Made by a program: the position numbers and the translations under genes. 64,000 bases of DNA, from the sequence record NC_049340.1; one strand, 5' to 3'. The notes below the pieces were generated by a model. It was not told the DNA's origin, made no database searches, and saw only the letters and a program-made list of their open reading frames with translations. Each line of letters opens with the position of its first letter. Positions within the stretch are counted from its first letter, which is position 1. This document shows, one piece after another, positions 62,001 through 64,000 of this stretch.

Positions 62001-63021
62001 GGATATTTCGACAAAAGCAACTGAATTAAATACTAAATTAGAAGAGGCTAAGAAAACTGTTATTGATGGTGTTAAGTCTAGTGAAAAGGTTAAGACTGCT
62101 GTTAATGCATTTAAAACCGAGCAGGAAAAGATACCAACATTAGAAAGTGAATTATCTGAGTTAAATACAAAGTTAACAACAGAGAATAGTGTACTAACTG
62201 GTATTCGTAATGAGTTAAGTGTTGCATCTGATATTGAGGATAAATTAACCAAACAGAAAGAAGACCTACAAGAAATTAAAGATGGTATTCAGAAACTAGA
62301 AAATACTTTGGAAAATCACAAAGGCGATTTAAAGAAGTCTAGATTTAATGTTGAACATAGAAAAGAAATTGATGATAAGCGTGAGTTAAGGAGGATTCAG
62401 AAAGAAGATTTAGATAAACTTAATAACCAAATTGAAGCTAGTGGTAGAGAGTTATTATTGGTTGAAAATAGTATTCAGAATACGGATAAGGCAATCAATT
62501 CCGCAAGAAATTATAAGTTGGTTGATGGTTCGTTGAAGCTATATAAGAGGATGCTTGGTACAAATGGATTACCACAGTACATTTTCGCACACATAATTCC
62601 TATATTTAACAAGAACCTAAATGAATTATTAGAGGATGTTGATTTTAGATTAGAATTTAATGTGGATGATTTAGTATTATATTTCCATGACCTAAAGAAA
62701 AAGAGTGTACGTCCTGTAATGTTTATTAGTGGTATGGAATCATCCTTTGCAGGTCTTGCATTAATTGATGTGATGAGGCGATTAAATAACGCTAAAACAA
62801 CAAAGGAAATATTCATTGATGAGATTAGTGGACAGATTAATAGCGGTAAGGATGTTACATATGAAGCCAAGAACTACCAACAACTATTAATAAAGTTCTT
62901 GAATAAGATTTCTAGACACTCGAATGTTTATATCATTGACCATGTATTAACATTTCCTAATGCTAGAATATTAGAAGTTCAACCAACATCAAAAGGTTCG
63001 GTAGTAAAAATCTTAGATTAG
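59065..63021 (+). CDS. Fused Mre11/SbcD nuclease - Rad50/SbcC ATPase (gp47-gp46 fusion)
   Basis: IVHGADIQ, LPGDMFE, IDGNHD, AGDIH; Walker A GTNGVGKT (60439); Zn hook CPTC (61699); signature SGMES; IFIDE; IIDH. Confidence 0.9.
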   Translation: MKIKIVHGADIQIQITNHGAGRDRHDEYKLGIERFVTELAKIRPHILVLPGDMFEEWNANGDETKMFANMLHSCLPHCDRIVVIDGNHDLKQRNSLVVERSEKRMQTSAIESQVVAINNHKISYYCDTGFHQDQKFPITWAVWSHKWKFSSTVENPLPYSPYENGNKPPQNGNAVIELFHDPIRSCKGFDGKANPVFDDYKISLENFGSNIIIAGDIHSPDIIWFGSNKEKLFTYSSSLVQRNYGEGDVYYGEKISIKGNDQHGFNIIEVDTKLNRATSCTFVKLPNPVSRHTIHLGKDFNYDKIELLSIRATAFNRIKLVVDGNVQQYIANEEAIITHLKKNYECLVEVSYESSAFDIDVDESLIESVESIADTDTILKIADTYIEETVNKSKSILPEQKNDAIQYIKNSLRSELSKVETSLVKNEIKLVKAKISNFMSFSTNVEINFGDISINKISGTNGVGKTTIFSFILWMITDLISEFQSARNKNYNYSLYFNDSSELDTVGDELQFLKNGQLHILKKKLTRTRKKNGSVNGYEVSLSLESPNITSSDREEIMTYLMEEVATFEELNRSMFINQTTLTKLIKTSTADLNKRILKNIGVDFFEGMLSTYDELRSNAMEEVEKPLKTIEELIEDKNMRGEEVKTIGDKISTLKSQVLPIETVITEYDSEIEKDLELLHNVPEVSVVEDNITRTEKLITEKETELTNKSDEIKQTEELITKTDVTSINNRLNAQQIVINGVANDIKLKESSINTYKDRVISLKKDAQQTATIVKNELSVIVTNIEKEISELDLKKSSSESKKQTALNNYQSLLNGKISERQQTLNTLNKNKSDIELLLSNNENKRTSIKNGVTVLETEIKGLKRELELKNGEDNFKCPTCSQPLPEDKQKEIQKGVEYLNKQIVDKSNLVKDEQTKVVDLQKEYDTIKDEQLTPVIDSIDKCSKIIEKLGELKLEHINEKVDKASFDMYMESVNELKDISTKATELNTKLEEAKKTVIDGVKSSEKVKTAVNAFKTEQEKIPTLESELSELNTKLTTENSVLTGIRNELSVASDIEDKLTKQKEDLQEIKDGIQKLENTLENHKGDLKKSRFNVEHRKEIDDKRELRRIQKEDLDKLNNQIEASGRELLLVENSIQNTDKAINSARNYKLVDGSLKLYKRMLGTNGLPQYIFAHIIPIFNKNLNELLEDVDFRLEFNVDDLVLYFHDLKKKSVRPVMFISGMESSFAGLALIDVMRRLNNAKTTKEIFIDEISGQINSGKDVTYEAKNYQQLLIKFLNKISRHSNVYIIDHVLTFPNARILEVQPTSKGSVVKILD

Positions 63022-63074
63022 TTTTGTATAAGTGCGCAAGGTTTTATATCTTGCGCACATTAAACAGCATTAAT

Positions 63075-63257
63075 ATGAAATTAAGTTATATAATAAATCT
63101 AGGTCGATACGAAAATAAAGAAACTGGTAAGGCTTATAACATCAAAAAAGGTAAGAATAAGTTACGTGGTACTGACCACATTTTCTATTTATATAGAGGT
63201 TCTAGGATTTTTATTAATGATTCCGATTTTTATACAAACTATAAAAAGTTAAATTAA
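63075..63257 (+). CDS. Small hypothetical protein
   Basis: ATG 63075 after a hairpin at ~63033-63057. Confidence 0.5.
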   Translation: MKLSYIINLGRYENKETGKAYNIKKGKNKLRGTDHIFYLYRGSRIFINDSDFYTNYKKLN

Positions 63258-63258
63258 T

Positions 63259-63516
63259 ATGGCACGTAGAAAGTGGATAGGAACAATAACAAGGGATTTA
63301 AGGTCTGCTGGTAATGCAATTAGTGACTTACCACCTGAATTTATTAAAGGACAAACAGTAACTGTTTGGAAGAAACGAAGATATGAAACTGACATACATG
63401 ATAAATTATCATGGACAGGTGGGTATGAATATCATTACTCGGATGAGAATGGTAAGGGTCTTGTGAGAACACGAGATTTTCTATTAGAAGAATTTGATGA
63501 ACCTAATTTAAGATAA
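63259..63516 (+). CDS. Hypothetical protein
   Basis: 85-aa ORF. Confidence 0.55.
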   Translation: MARRKWIGTITRDLRSAGNAISDLPPEFIKGQTVTVWKKRRYETDIHDKLSWTGGYEYHYSDENGKGLVRTRDFLLEEFDEPNLR

Positions 63517-63517
63517 T

Positions 63518-63994
63518 ATGGGATGTCACATATGGTTTAGTACACCGTTGGATAAACAACCAACATACGAAGAAGCAAAGGAGTTTGTTATTGGTGAATA
63601 TGCTACATTGATAGATTATACTAAGAACGAAATTGAACTATTTGGTGAAGATTTTAAACCTTATGGTATGCCTAATAGTGATGCAAAGTTTTTATTAAAA
63701 TTATTCGAACGCCAATTAAGAATGATAGAGGCTGGATACTGTAAAGAAGCTGTACTAAATAAATTTGCTGAATTTTCAGATGGTGTTTATAAGATAGAAA
63801 ATATATTATACAAAACATTAGATGGTATTCACGATGTATTTAGAGTTGGTGGATACCCATCAGATATTCTAAGAGATTATGAGCAAGTATTAACCTTTTG
63901 TAAAGGTCGTTCGGTTGACCTAACAGCAGAACAAAGAGAAACTTTAAAACAATTTTACAAAGATTACCCAAGTGGTATAATAACATTTGAATAA
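63518..63994 (+). CDS. Hypothetical protein
   Basis: 158-aa ORF. Confidence 0.6.
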   Translation: MGCHIWFSTPLDKQPTYEEAKEFVIGEYATLIDYTKNEIELFGEDFKPYGMPNSDAKFLLKLFERQLRMIEAGYCKEAVLNKFAEFSDGVYKIENILYKTLDGIHDVFRVGGYPSDILRDYEQVLTFCKGRSVDLTAEQRETLKQFYKDYPSGIITFE

Positions 63995-64000
63995 TATGAA

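Noticed and set aside
457-62870. Dozens of minus-strand and nested ORFs in the six-frame track (e.g. 1466-2008, 13558-14124, 27690-28349, 60900-61493)
   Set aside because: They are antisense shadows of long + strand genes with biased codon usage; no recognisable motifs or promoters
63023-63057. Host-type promoter inside the TGCGCAAG hairpin
   Set aside because: The -7 element (ATATCTTG) deviates from TAnnTTTG; kept only as a probable terminator hairpin
1-64000. Alternative genetic code (TAG reassigned), as in some large phages
   Set aside because: Long genes are open in the standard code, and TAG ends genes at sensible boundaries (41434, 54617, 63021); only one suspicious in-frame TAG
1-64000. 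tRNA, rRNA or group I intron sequences
   Set aside because: No cloverleaf or conserved intron elements were recognised by eye, and intergenic gaps are short; tRNAscan/Infernal would be needed to exclude them formally

Overview
64 kb from a very AT-rich, T4-like (contractile-tailed) jumbo bacteriophage. Almost all genes are on the + strand. Roughly 0-33 kb is virion morphogenesis: gp4 head completion, gp13 neck, tail fibre(s), large terminase, tail sheath, tail tube, gp26/gp51-like hub chaperones and a probable tape measure. Roughly 34-50 kb is recombination and nucleotide metabolism: RuvC-like resolvase, gp32 SSB, UvsW, gp15-like protein, and intein-containing NrdA and NrdB. Roughly 50-64 kb is accessory genes: a BCS1-like AAA ATPase, a SprT protease next to an ART-like protein, many small ORFs and a fused Mre11-Rad50. 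Several TTTG-N19-TATATTTG promoters and A-rich leaders lacking Shine-Dalgarno sites point to a Bacteroidota host. By eye, three upstream motif classes appear: host-type TATATTTG, a putative middle motif WTTGTTWWATAY, and a putative late motif NATACATA. About nine single-base indels, mostly in short homopolymers, split otherwise intact genes, including ones expected to be essential; these are most likely sequencing errors. No tRNA, rRNA or CRISPR array was recognised. All calls come from motif recognition by eye, with no database searches.
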